From NCBI GenBank assembly GCA_963708295.1, contig CAVPSJ010000011.1, positions 192,001-256,000 on the forward strand: 64,000 nucleotides of DNA, in the 5' to 3' direction. Under the pieces are notes generated by a model. It did not search any database, was not told the DNA's origin, and saw nothing but the letters and a program-made list of their open reading frames with translations. This DNA is from an uncultured delta proteobacterium (GTDB taxonomy: Bacteria > Desulfobacterota > BSN033 > UBA1163). This document shows positions 38,615 through 48,526 of this stretch, one piece after another; the first letter of the stretch is position 1, and the number at the start of each line of letters is the position of its first letter. Made by a program: the position numbers and the translations under genes.

Positions 38615-41256
38615 TATTCTATCCCCTGGGCCTTTGTGATATACTCCATTTCATCTTGTCGGGTGATCACGCGCTCATCCAATCTGGCATCGAGCAATCC
38701 CGACAAGACCTTTTTGATGGAGGGCCCTGATTTTATTCCCATCTGAATCAAATCTTTTCCTTTCAGGATGGATTTTGTATCTTTTAGTTGTGTGAAATAT
38801 AGGGAAATATACCGCCGGGTCGTCACCTGGCTGGTCTTGGCCATCATAAAGAGCTTTGATTCAACGGAAAGAGGGTCAAGAACACCGTAGATCTCCGACC
38901 GCTTTGGCCGTCGGTCCGTATTGATCCAAGAGTAGATCTGAAGGAGAACCTGGTCCGCATGAAGCTTCCCCTCTCTTACCCTCTTTCTGAGCCGATCATT
39001 CATAGCCAATCTTTGGCAGAGCCCCTCTCTTTCCTCCTCTTTGATGAAGTCCATGAGACCATAAAAATAGATCAGCCAACGCTCATATCGCTGCTCGAGG
39101 AAAAGAAGGTCAAACCAAGCGATGACATGATGGATCTGCTCACAAAGCGCCTCGGCCTGGTCATCAAATTGAAGGCTGGAATGGAGGAAATGGAAAAGAT
39201 TGAAATCCCTCATCCGTTTCAGGGCAGGAAGAGGATCTTCTTCCTGAAGGATCAATATGAGCTCCGAAAGAACGCGCCCCCCTGAGAGACGTTCCAAAAA
39301 ACCCACCTTGACCGCATTCTTCATCAGATTCTGGGTATGTTTTCCGATTTGAAATCCGAACCGTTGTTCAAACCGGATCGCCCGAAAGACCCGGGTAGGA
39401 TCTTCGACAAACGAGAGATTATGCAACACGCGGATCGTTTTTTCTTTGACATCTTTGACCCCTCCAAAAAAATCGATCAGTTCCCCAAACGCCTTTGGAT
39501 TGAGCTGGATCGCCAGGGCATTCACGGTAAAATCCCTCCGATAAAGGTCCATCTTGATCGAAGCGCTTTCCACCGTCGGGAGGGCTGCGGGAGACTCGTA
39601 AACCTCCCAGCGAGCCGTCGCAACATCCACTTTCAACCCATCGGGGAAGAGAATGATGGCCGTTCCAAATTTCCGATGTGTCCGAATCCGGCACGGGAAT
39701 TTCTTTTCGAATTCCTCGGCAAAACGGATCCCGTCTCCCTCCACCACGATATCCACATCGAAATTCTCTTCCCTCAACAAAAGATCCCTGACAAACCCAC
39801 CGACCGCATAGACAGCATATCCCAACCCATCCCCCACCCTTCCAAACTCCATCAGCAGGTTGTGGATTCGTTCGGGGAAACGCTCTTTCATCAATTTGGA
39901 AATCACCTTTTTCCGGCCATACAGAGGCAAGCTTTCAAAAAAAGAATCCCCTTTCTCCGATTTCATCATCTCCGTTTGAAGGACCCGCATCACATCCCTT
40001 GGAGAAATCGCCCCGACCAATCGATCCCTTTCGACGACCGGGAGGAGGCTCTGGTTTTGTCCGATGATGAGGGCCTGGACTCTCGAAAAAGGAGTTTCCG
40101 GGGAGACCACCGAAAATTCCGTTGTCATATATTCCTTCACCAAGGCGCTCTTGAGGCCATGATATTCCGCTCTCTCGACGACTTCTTTCGATATCAGCCC
40201 GATCACTTTCTCATGCTGAAGGACGGGGAGAATGTCCAGGTTATAACGGGTAAGTACCTCTCCGGCTTCCTCTAGAGTTCGCTCCGGCTCGATGGTCTTC
40301 ACCGGATAGACCATCGCATCCGATGCCACCTTCTTGGGCTTCACCATTTCGTTTAACATCTTGACCAATCGATCATGGGCCTCTACCAGTGCCACTCCTT
40401 TCACCGTTGCTGAGGCTGCGGTGGGATGTCCTCCCCCTCCAAATTCCGCGGCCACCTCTGAAACGTTCACCTCTTGCAATCGGCTCCTTCCAATCAAATA
40501 AACCCGGTCTTCCATCCTGACCAAGACGAACAGGACGTCCAGGTTCTCCATATCTTTCAGTTTATGGACCAGGACGGCAATATCTCCCACATACCGATCC
40601 ACGGAAGCCTGAGCGATCACCACATCGATCCCGTGAAAGCTGTATCGCGTGGCGGATTGGATTAGATCATTCAGCAGGAAGATTTGTTCTGCCGTGAGTT
40701 CCTTGGTGATTACATTCGAGAGGATGTTGAGATTTGCCCCCTTTCGAACCAAGTACCCAGCCGCTTTGAAATCTTCTTCCTTGGTTGAAGAAAAGGTCAG
40801 GTTCCCTGTATCTTCATAAATCCCCAGCATCATCAAGGTAGCTTCATCGGGTGTAATCTCAACCCCCCGCTTCTCAAGAATTCCTAAAAGGAGCGTCACC
40901 GTCGCCCCTACCTCGGAAATCACCTCCAGCGACCCATGGAGATCCTCAGGAGAAGGAGGATGGTGGTCATAGATGTGAACTTCTAAATCGGGTCTGGACA
41001 GAAGCTCTGCAAATTTTCCAATGCGACTGATCTGCCGAGTATCTACCAGGATGAGTCGTCTGACTTCCTGGAGATCGATATTCTTGATCCGCTCCGCCTC
41101 GAAAGAATAAAGGGTGGAGTGGATGAAGAAATCACGAAGACTTCTCTCTTGAGAACCCGGAAAGACCAAAACCGCACCGGGATAGAGTCTCTTCGCAGCC
41201 AGCATGGAGGCCATAGAATCAAAATCGGCGTTAATATGAGTGGTGATGACGTCCAT
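38614..41256 (-). CDS. DHH-CBS-fused tRNA nucleotidyltransferase (probably A-adding type)
   Basis: HINADFD, DHH, GGGGH, CBS pair, VGGFVRDLL..DVDI, DLYRRDFTVNA, EDPTRVFRA.RF. Confidence 0.9.
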   Translation of the reverse strand: MDVITTHINADFDSMASMLAAKRLYPGAVLVFPGSQERSLRDFFIHSTLYSFEAERIKNIDLQEVRRLILVDTRQISRIGKFAELLSRPDLEVHIYDHHPPSPEDLHGSLEVISEVGATVTLLLGILEKRGVEITPDEATLMMLGIYEDTGNLTFSSTKEEDFKAAGYLVRKGANLNILSNVITKELTAEQIFLLNDLIQSATRYSFHGIDVVIAQASVDRYVGDIAVLVHKLKDMENLDVLFVLVRMEDRVYLIGRSRLQEVNVSEVAAEFGGGGHPTAASATVKGVALVEAHDRLVKMLNEMVKPKKVASDAMVYPVKTIEPERTLEEAGEVLTRYNLDILPVLQHEKVIGLISKEVVERAEYHGLKSALVKEYMTTEFSVVSPETPFSRVQALIIGQNQSLLPVVERDRLVGAISPRDVMRVLQTEMMKSEKGDSFFESLPLYGRKKVISKLMKERFPERIHNLLMEFGRVGDGLGYAVYAVGGFVRDLLLREENFDVDIVVEGDGIRFAEEFEKKFPCRIRTHRKFGTAIILFPDGLKVDVATARWEVYESPAALPTVESASIKMDLYRRDFTVNALAIQLNPKAFGELIDFFGGVKDVKEKTIRVLHNLSFVEDPTRVFRAIRFEQRFGFQIGKHTQNLMKNAVKVGFLERLSGGRVLSELILILQEEDPLPALKRMRDFNLFHFLHSSLQFDDQAEALCEQIHHVIAWFDLLFLEQRYERWLIYFYGLMDFIKEEEREGLCQRLAMNDRLRKRVREGKLHADQVLLQIYSWINTDRRPKRSEIYGVLDPLSVESKLFMMAKTSQVTTRRYISLYFTQLKDTKSILKGKDLIQMGIKSGPSIKKVLSGLLDARLDERVITRQDEMEYITKAQGIE

Positions 41257-41270
41257 AACTTTTAGGAAAA

Positions 41271-41404
41271 AGGGAAGAATGGAATGATGGAGTATTGGAA
41301 GATTGGGTTCCTCATAAACAAACTGATGTTTTGTCTTTTATCACTCCATTATCCTGGGTATCTCTTCCCCATTGCTCCAGTATTCCAGTACTCCAATATT
41401 CCAG
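41271..41404. repeat. Inverted arms of 8-nt tandem repeats (GGAATATT type)
   Basis: ggaagaat/ggaatgat/ggagtatt/ggaagatt ... attgctcc/agtattcc/agtactcc/aatattcc. Confidence 0.75.
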
Positions 41405-41407
41405 CAA

Positions 41408-42295
41408 TTACCCTCTCGGGTGATAGCGCTTGTGGACTTGTTTTAGTCTCTCTCCGGTCACATGGGTATAGATCTGGGTCGTAGAGATATCCACATGGCC
41501 CAGCATCATCTGAACCGATCGAAGGTCCGCCCCCCCTTCCAGAAGATGACTGGCAAAGGAGTGGCGAAGAAGGTGCGGGGTAATCCTTTTATGAAGACCC
41601 GCTCTTTGGGCATAATTCTTAAGACTCTTCCAGAAACGCTGCCGGCTCATCCCTTTTCCCGAGCGGTTGATAAAAAGGATCGGACTGTCCTTCCCCTTTG
41701 AAAGGACTCCGCGACCAGCCTTTAGGTAGAGCGCAACCCATTTCATGGCTTCGCTTCCGAGTGGAACGATCCTTTCCTTTGAACCCTTTCCATAAAGAAG
41801 GACGTATCCTCCCTCCAGGCTGACCTGATGAGTCGGGAGGTGGGTCAGCTCGGAAACCCTCATCCCGGTGGCATAAAGCATTTCCAGCATCGCCCGGTCT
41901 CTCACTCCGAGAGGGGTCTGAACATCGGGTTGCTCCAATATCCGTTCAATCTCCTTCAGGCTCAAGATCTCCGGCAATGTTCTCGCGACCTTCGGAGATT
42001 CTAAATTCTCCAGAGGATTGGCTTCTAGTATTCCTTCTTGAATCAAGAAACGAAAAAAACTCCGGACGGCCGACAGATTTCTCACGATGCTTTTTGCCCC
42101 CAGTTTCTTCTTTTTGAGGGCCAGGAGAAAACCCTGAACGTCAAATTTGCCAACCTCCCGGATGTCCCGAATCCCTTTTCCCCTCAAGTGATCGAAGAAC
42201 CGAGTCAATCCGTGTCCGTAGGCCTCAATCGTATTTTGGGAAAGGCCCTTCTCAACGACGAGATAATGAAGAAACTGATCCAAGTATTGGTCCAT
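41408..42295 (-). CDS. xerD: Site-specific recombinase XerD
   Basis: YATGMRVSEL, GKGSKER, PHLLRHSFASHLL, MLGHVDISTTQIYTHV, YHPR. Confidence 0.93.
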   Translation of the reverse strand: MDQYLDQFLHYLVVEKGLSQNTIEAYGHGLTRFFDHLRGKGIRDIREVGKFDVQGFLLALKKKKLGAKSIVRNLSAVRSFFRFLIQEGILEANPLENLESPKVARTLPEILSLKEIERILEQPDVQTPLGVRDRAMLEMLYATGMRVSELTHLPTHQVSLEGGYVLLYGKGSKERIVPLGSEAMKWVALYLKAGRGVLSKGKDSPILFINRSGKGMSRQRFWKSLKNYAQRAGLHKRITPHLLRHSFASHLLEGGADLRSVQMMLGHVDISTTQIYTHVTGERLKQVHKRYHPRG

Positions 42296-42362
42296 GATGA
42301 TTCTTTAATCATGAAAGGAAAACAAATGGAAAATCAATAAATGCTGTTATACCGTCATCGCT

Positions 42363-42458
42363 TGTCATTGCAAGCGATCCCGCCTTAGCGGGAGAGCGCG
42401 GCAATCTTAATTTTGAAACGTTGAGATTCGCTTCGTGGCTTCGCGCCTCGCAATGACA
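42363..42458. repeat. REP-like dimer (GTCATTGC...GCAATGAC family)
   Basis: tgtcattgcaagcga...gcaatct ... agattcgc...cgcaatgaca. Confidence 0.75.
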
Positions 42459-42546
42459 CTTCGATTACTGTGTTCTTACCAAATAAAAAGCAGAGGTGAC
42501 CGTTGCCTCTGCTTTGCCGAAGAAAGCCATGGGTTGGAGTCTCTCC

Positions 42547-42987
42547 TCAGATTCCGGTGTGACCAAATCCCCCTCCTTGCCTCTGGGTCGCCGGGAGATC
42601 GTCTACCTCTTCCAACGTTGTTCGGAAAATTTGGGAGATGACCATCTGTGCGATCCTTTCCCCGTTATGGATGGTGAGGGGCTCCCTTCCGAAATTGATC
42701 AAGAGGACACCAATCTCTCCGCGATAATCGGAATCGATCGTCCCCGGTCCGTTCACAATTCCAATCCCCTTCTGAACGGCCAACCCGCTGCGAGGTCTGA
42801 CTTGCCCCTCGAACCCTACCGGTATCGCTACCGCGATTCCGGTAGGAATGAGTCTTCTCTCTCCCGGTTCCAAGATCACCTCTTTCTCCAAAGAGGCGAA
42901 AAGGTCCATTCCGGAGGACCCTTCCGTCATATACTGAGGCAGGGGCACAGGACGATCTTTCCTCAACCGTTTGACGAATATTTTCAT
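42547..42987 (-). CDS. dut: dUTP pyrophosphatase
   Basis: SGMDL, RPRSGLA, GTIDSDYRGE, RIAQ, RQGGGFGHTG. Confidence 0.96.
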   Translation of the reverse strand: MKIFVKRLRKDRPVPLPQYMTEGSSGMDLFASLEKEVILEPGERRLIPTGIAVAIPVGFEGQVRPRSGLAVQKGIGIVNGPGTIDSDYRGEIGVLLINFGREPLTIHNGERIAQMVISQIFRTTLEEVDDLPATQRQGGGFGHTGI

Positions 42988-43018
42988 CTTCGCCCTTCGC
43001 CCGCATCGCATTGACTTC

Positions 43019-44341
43019 TCACTTTCCCACCAGGCGAATCTTGTCCAAATAGTTTCCGTTCATCGGACCCAAAACGGTTAAACAAAATAATCGTTCATCA
43101 AAAATCTCATTGGCTAACTGGCGAACAGTTTCTTCCGTCACCTCGTCAATCCCCTTGAGGATCGTTTCCACCCGGAGGTAGGATTGGAAGTAGATCTCGT
43201 TCTTTGCCAGACGGGTCATCAAACTATCCGAACTCTCCATACTGAGGAGAAGATTTCCTTTCAGTTGCTCTTTTGCGGTTTGCAGCTCTCCGTTTTTCAA
43301 AGGTCCCTTCTTGATGTGGTTAAACTCGTTGATGACCAATTCGATGACCTCCTGAAAAGAGCCCTCGTTGGTTCCCGCATAAACGACCACCAGTCCCGAA
43401 TCGATGTAAGTCGGAAGATAGGAGTAGACGGAATAAGCCAACCCACGGTTTTCACGGATCTCCTGGAAGAGTCTTGAACTCATCCCCCCTCCCAGGATGG
43501 TGTTCAAAACATACGAAGCGAATCGAAGGGAATGGTTATACTGGAGCCCCCGGGTACCGAGACAAAAGTGAACTTGCTCTAAGTCCCGTTTCCGAACATT
43601 GGTCGTGGAGATCGGATCCGGTTTCCTCCTTCCCGTGGCTTTGTCCGATCTCGGAATCTTACCGAACGTCATCTCGATCATGTCGACCACCTGCTGGTGT
43701 TCCAAATTTCCAGCCGCGCAGACGACGATTCGGCCGGGTGGGTAGTTCTCCTTAAAGAATTGGTGAAGCTGATCTGGGCGGAACGATTGAACCAGCTCGG
43801 AAGTACCATAAATCGGAAAACCGAGCGGGTGGTCTCCCCAGCAAGCCCGGTTGAAAAGATCATGGATGTAATCGTCAGGAGTATCCTCTACCATTTTGAT
43901 TTCCTGAAGGATGACCATCCTCTCCTTCTCCACGTCTTTTAGATCCATAAGAGAATGAAGAAAAATATCGGAAAGCAGATCAACCGCCAGGGGCAAATTC
44001 TGATCGATCACTTTGGCATAAAAACAAGTGTACTCCCTTCCTGTAAAGGCGTTCAGGGTTCCACCCACAGAGTCAATTTCCTTCGCGATGTCAAAGGCTG
44101 TCCTTTTCTCCGTCCCTTTGAAAAGAAGGTGCTCGATAAAATGAGAAATGCCATTTTCATAGGGTTGCTCATCTCTGGATCCGGTGACCACCCACACTCC
44201 GATGGAAACCGAACGAAGGTACGGAATTTTCTCTGTAATCACACGGAGCCCATTATCGAGGACGGTCTTTTGATACCCGGATCCGCTTTCTGCCAAAAAT
44301 GGATTCATGGAATCGTGCATTTTCTTAGTTTTTGTTTCCAT
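43019..44341 (-). CDS. M16-family zinc peptidase
   Basis: HFIEH (HxxEH), LNAFT, GGGMSSRLFQEIRENRGLAYSV. Confidence 0.93.
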   Translation of the reverse strand: METKTKKMHDSMNPFLAESGSGYQKTVLDNGLRVITEKIPYLRSVSIGVWVVTGSRDEQPYENGISHFIEHLLFKGTEKRTAFDIAKEIDSVGGTLNAFTGREYTCFYAKVIDQNLPLAVDLLSDIFLHSLMDLKDVEKERMVILQEIKMVEDTPDDYIHDLFNRACWGDHPLGFPIYGTSELVQSFRPDQLHQFFKENYPPGRIVVCAAGNLEHQQVVDMIEMTFGKIPRSDKATGRRKPDPISTTNVRKRDLEQVHFCLGTRGLQYNHSLRFASYVLNTILGGGMSSRLFQEIRENRGLAYSVYSYLPTYIDSGLVVVYAGTNEGSFQEVIELVINEFNHIKKGPLKNGELQTAKEQLKGNLLLSMESSDSLMTRLAKNEIYFQSYLRVETILKGIDEVTEETVRQLANEIFDERLFCLTVLGPMNGNYLDKIRLVGK

Positions 44342-44374
44342 TCCGTTTTATTCCCTTAACCGCTTTTTGTCTCT

Positions 44375-46482
44375 CTACCCATTGCCCCCTGCACTCGGTT
44401 TCGCCTCCTTCAGGGCTGCCTTGCGGCTTAACCGAATGCGGCCCTGTGGATCGATATCAATCACCTTGACGAGCACTTCATCCCCTTCTTTCAGAACATC
44501 CGAGACCTCTTTCACGTGGCCCTCTGCCAGCTGGGAGATATGGACAAGACCATCGGTTCCCGGAAAAAGTTCGACAATGGCACCAAAACCCAAAATCCTA
44601 ACTACCTTCCCGTTATAAAGAGCGCCGACTTCAACTTCCTGGGTCAGCCTCTTGATCATATAAATCGCTTTTTCGATCGCTTCATAATTCGGAGAAGCGA
44701 GTTTCACCAGTCCCGAATCCTCCACGTCGACTTTCACGCCGGTCTGATCGACGATGGCTCGAATGTTCTTTCCCCCTGGGCCGATGACATCCCGAATTTT
44801 CTCCTGTTTGACCTGGAGGCTGACGATCCGGGGAGCGTGCCGCGAGAGGTCCTTTCGGGGTTCGGAAATCGTCTCGTTCATCTTCCCCAAGATGTGGCAT
44901 CTGCCCTCTCTGGCCTGGTCGAGAACTTTCTTCATAATCTCTTTTGAGATTCCCCGAACCTTGATATCCATCTGGATGGCGGTAACCCCTTCGGACGTGC
45001 CCGCCACTTTGAAATCCATATCCCCCAAATGGTCCTCATCCCCCAGGATGTCGGAGAGCACAGCGCTTTCGCCACCCTCCAAGATTAAGCCCATGGCAAT
45101 GCCCGCCACTGGGGCTTTGACGGGAACACCCGCATCCATGAGCGAGAGGCTTGATCCACAGACCGTGGCCATGGAGGAGGACCCGTTTGACTCCAGCACC
45201 TCGGAGACGATACGAATGGTATAGGGGAATTTTTCACTTGACGGAAGAACAGGCAGAATGGCCCTCTCGGCCAGTGCCCCGTGGCCAATCTCTCTCCGGC
45301 TGGGCGATCTCAACGGGGAGACTTCTCCCGTACTGAAAGGGGGAAAGTTATAGTGAAGCATGAAGGACTTATAGGTTTCTCCGCTCAAGGAGTTAATCTT
45401 TTGTTCGTCTTCGGAGGTCCCGAAAGTAACCACAGCCAGAACCTGGGTTTCTCCCCGCGTGAACAGGGCAGAACCGTGCGTTCTGGGGAGAATGCCCACC
45501 TCACAGGAGATCGGACGGATTTCGGAAAGCTTTCTCCCGTCGATTCTCTCTTTCTTTTCCAAAATCGATTTTCGGACCAGCTTGCGATAAACTTCTTCCA
45601 AGGCGGCCTTCGCCATCTTTTGAGAAACCTCATCCTCGGCCCCGAGTTCCTGAAAGGTGGACTGAAGGATCTCCTCCAATCGTTCTCTTCTTTTCCCCTT
45701 CTCTGTGATATGAAAAGTGTCCCAGAGTTTCTCTCCGGCGATGGCGTTCACTTTTTCATAAAGGCCCTCTTCCGGTTTCCGGAGCTCAAACGCTCGAGGC
45801 GGGAGGGCTAAGGCCGATTTCATCTGTTTTTGGACATCGATCACCGGTTTCAAAGATTGATGGCCGAATAAAATGGCCTCCAAAATCTCTTCTTCTTTAA
45901 CCTCCTTGGCGCTTCCTTCAACCATGATGATTGCGTCCTCACTCCCTGCCACAAAGAGGTCAATATCGCTCAGTTCCAATTCTTCATGCGTCGGGTTGAG
46001 AACGTACTCTCCGTCAATCCGACCTACTTTTGCCCCTGCAATGGGGCCTTCGAATGGGATATCGGAAACGGAAAGAGCGCTGGAAGCTCCAATCATGCCT
46101 AAGATGGACGGATCATTATCCTCGTCGGCAGAAAGAACGGTGGCGATAATTTGGATCTCGTTCTGAAACCCTTTCGGAAAAAGGGGTCGAAGGGGTCGAT
46201 CAATGAATCGAGAGATAAGGGTCTCTCGATCCGTGGGCCTCCCTTCCCTCTTAAAAAAACCGCCCGGGATCCTCCCGGCGGCATAAGTCATTTCCTGGTA
46301 ATTCACCGTCAGGGGAATGAAATCGAGCCCTTCGCGCTTCTTCTCGGAGGTCACAGCCGTCACCAGCACGACCGTCTCTCCGTACTGGACCATGACCCAG
46401 AACCATTCGCCTGTTTTGCCACCTTTCCTGTTTCTATGGAAAAGGGCCTTCCTCCCAAATCGACCTGTAGCTTTTGAACCAT
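44375..46482 (-). CDS. pnp: Polyribonucleotide nucleotidyltransferase (apparent frameshift near 46396)
   Basis: The N-terminus [27 protein letters not shown] is in another frame; [32 protein letters not shown] and S1 domains. Confidence 0.96.
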
Positions 46483-46524
46483 ATGAATCTCTTCACTCCT
46501 TTTTTCATTGAGAACAGGTTGGCA

Positions 46525-46794
46525 CTACTTCCGCAGACCTAATCTGTCAATGACCGTTCGATAGCGATCCACCTTGTTCTCTTTAAGATAGTTGAGGAGC
46601 CTCCTTCGCTGTCCAACCAGTTTGAGAAGACCCCTTCGAGAATGATGATCACTCTTGTGTAATTTAAAATGTTCGGTCAGATATCGGATTCGTTCGCTGA
46701 GAAGAGCGATCTGAACCTCGGGAGACCCGGTGTCCTTTTCGTGGCTTTTGAATTGTTCGATGATCTCTTTTCTCTTTTCTTGAGCGAGCGCCAT
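46525..46794 (-). CDS. rpsO: 30S ribosomal protein S15
   Basis: [31 protein letters not shown]. Confidence 0.98.
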   Translation of the reverse strand: MALAQEKRKEIIEQFKSHEKDTGSPEVQIALLSERIRYLTEHFKLHKSDHHSRRGLLKLVGQRRRLLNYLKENKVDRYRTVIDRLGLRK

Positions 46795-46817
46795 GAAATT
46801 CCTCCTTCTTTGGAATC

Positions 46818-47808
46818 TAATACGATATCTTCGGTGAGTACAGACTGCTTCCTTGGGGCTGAAACACTCTCAGCGGTCGAAGGGCCACCACCCCTGGAAG
46901 GGTCCAAGGAAGATCAGCCCCCCTCAATTCTGATTTCAAAATGGCTACCAACCCTCCTCCGGGAGAGGACATCTTGAGCCATTCTCCTTTTTCGAAGAGC
47001 CGGAAGGTTCTTGGCGGCAGAGATCCTGGACCATCATCTCCCTCCCAAAACGGGCTTTCTTCACCATCGGCTCGTCTCCGATCACCTCGGGTAAACCGGG
47101 CAAAGCTGCATTCAACGAGATCAACCAGGGCGAAAGGGCATCGGGCGCAGTGAGATCTTTCATCTTCTCCCAGGCGATCGCCTGATCAAGCGTGAAAGGG
47201 CCGCTTCGAACCCTTCTCAGGCTGAGAAGGTGAGCGCCGCATCCTGCCATCCTCCCGATGTCTCTTCCCAGGGCCCGGATGTAGGTTCCTTTCGAGCAGG
47301 AAACCTTAAAACGGACAAGGGGGAGGTCCACTCCCTCCGTCTGAATCTTGTAGATCTCCACCTCTCTTGGTTTACGCTCGACCTCCATCCCTTTTCTGGC
47401 CAATCGGTAAAGAGGCATCCCTTGCATTTTGACGGCCGAAAACATGGGTGGAATCTGACGAATCTTCCCCACAAATCCACGGAGGTGGGACTCAACCCTC
47501 TCAGGCTGAACATCCCTCCAATCCCGTCTCAGGACGACCTGTCCGGTACAATCATCGGTCGTGGTCTCTTCCCCCAGTTTAAGGACCGCTTCATATTCTT
47601 TCGGACCTTCCAACAAAAATGGAACCAGCTTCGTCCCTTCGTTGATCACAATCGGCAAAACTCCCGTGGCAAAAGGATCCAGGGTCCCGATATGGCCTGC
47701 TTTTTTAAGCCCAAATCGACGTTTGATCTCCCTGACCACATCCAGGGAAGTGATCCCTTCTGGCTTATCTACGACGAGGAGACCGTCAATTCCCCTCTTC
47801 TTCCCCAT
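46818..47808 (-). CDS. truB: tRNA pseudouridine(55) synthase (C-terminal frameshifts)
   Basis: [30 protein letters not shown]; a shifted frame ends GLVAILKSE...LRPLRVF. Confidence 0.93.
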
Positions 47809-48169
47809 TGGGCTCCTTTCCCCGGTGGATGTCTCGAATGACCTCTTCCATGTGAATCGCATATTCGATGGAAGGGTCGAATTGAAAGACGATTTCGGGA
47901 GTATACCTCAGGCGGAGACGCCGGCCCAATTCCTTCCGGACATATCCCTTTGCGCTGTTCAAACCCTCCTCCGAACTCTCCCTCTCCGCAAGGGTCCCTG
48001 CCACACTAAAATAGACTCTTGCAAATCGGCAATCTTCAGAAACGGTCACCTTGGTGATGGTCACAAAGCCAATCCGCGGATCCTTGATGGACCTCAGCAG
48101 CATCTGAGAAACTTCTTTTTGAATCAAATCCGCTACTTTTTCGGACCGTTTTCCTTCCATCCGAACCAT
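47786..48169 (-). CDS. rbfA: Ribosome-binding factor A
   Basis: IKDPRIGFVTIT, LRYTPEIVF.FD.S. Confidence 0.96.
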   Translation of the reverse strand: MVRMEGKRSEKVADLIQKEVSQMLLRSIKDPRIGFVTITKVTVSEDCRFARVYFSVAGTLAERESSEEGLNSAKGYVRKELGRRLRLRYTPEIVFQFDPSIEYAIHMEEVIRDIHRGKEPNGEEEGN

Positions 48170-48177
48170 TCAGAAAC

Positions 48178-48474
48178 CTAGAGCGAGATGATTTCAATTT
48201 CCGAGTGCACCATCTCGACCAGGTTCATTTGCTCAATAAAGTAGATCACTTTGTCCAGGCTTGAATTGATATGCCTTCGATCATTTCCAACCGTGCAGAA
48301 ACCCATCTGCGCTCTTTGCCAAAGGTCATTGTCTCCCACTTCTGAAATCGCGACGTTAAAACGGGTTCTCACCCGATCGATCAGCTTTCGGAGGACGTGT
48401 CGCTTTTCCTTTAAAGAATGATTTTCAGGAATCCGAAGGTCAAGTTTACAGACCCCGACCACCATCTTCCTCAT
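48178..48474 (-). CDS. ylxP: DUF503 (YlxP) protein
   Basis: HSLKEKR, FNVAISEV.DNDLWQRA; usual position after infB. Confidence 0.9.
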   Translation of the reverse strand: MRKMVVGVCKLDLRIPENHSLKEKRHVLRKLIDRVRTRFNVAISEVGDNDLWQRAQMGFCTVGNDRRHINSSLDKVIYFIEQMNLVEMVHSEIEIISL

Positions 48475-48526
48475 CCTTCCCTTCTAGGAGTGTTTGGCTC
48501 TCTCGAGGAGACAACCTGATGGGAGA

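Noticed and set aside
41408-42295. Integron integrase serving the attC-like sites
   Set aside because: It has typical XerD length and motifs in a housekeeping context and lacks the IntI-specific insertion.
46390-46400. Programmed frameshift in pnp
   Set aside because: No slippery sequence is present, and similar indels in neighbouring genes point to error.
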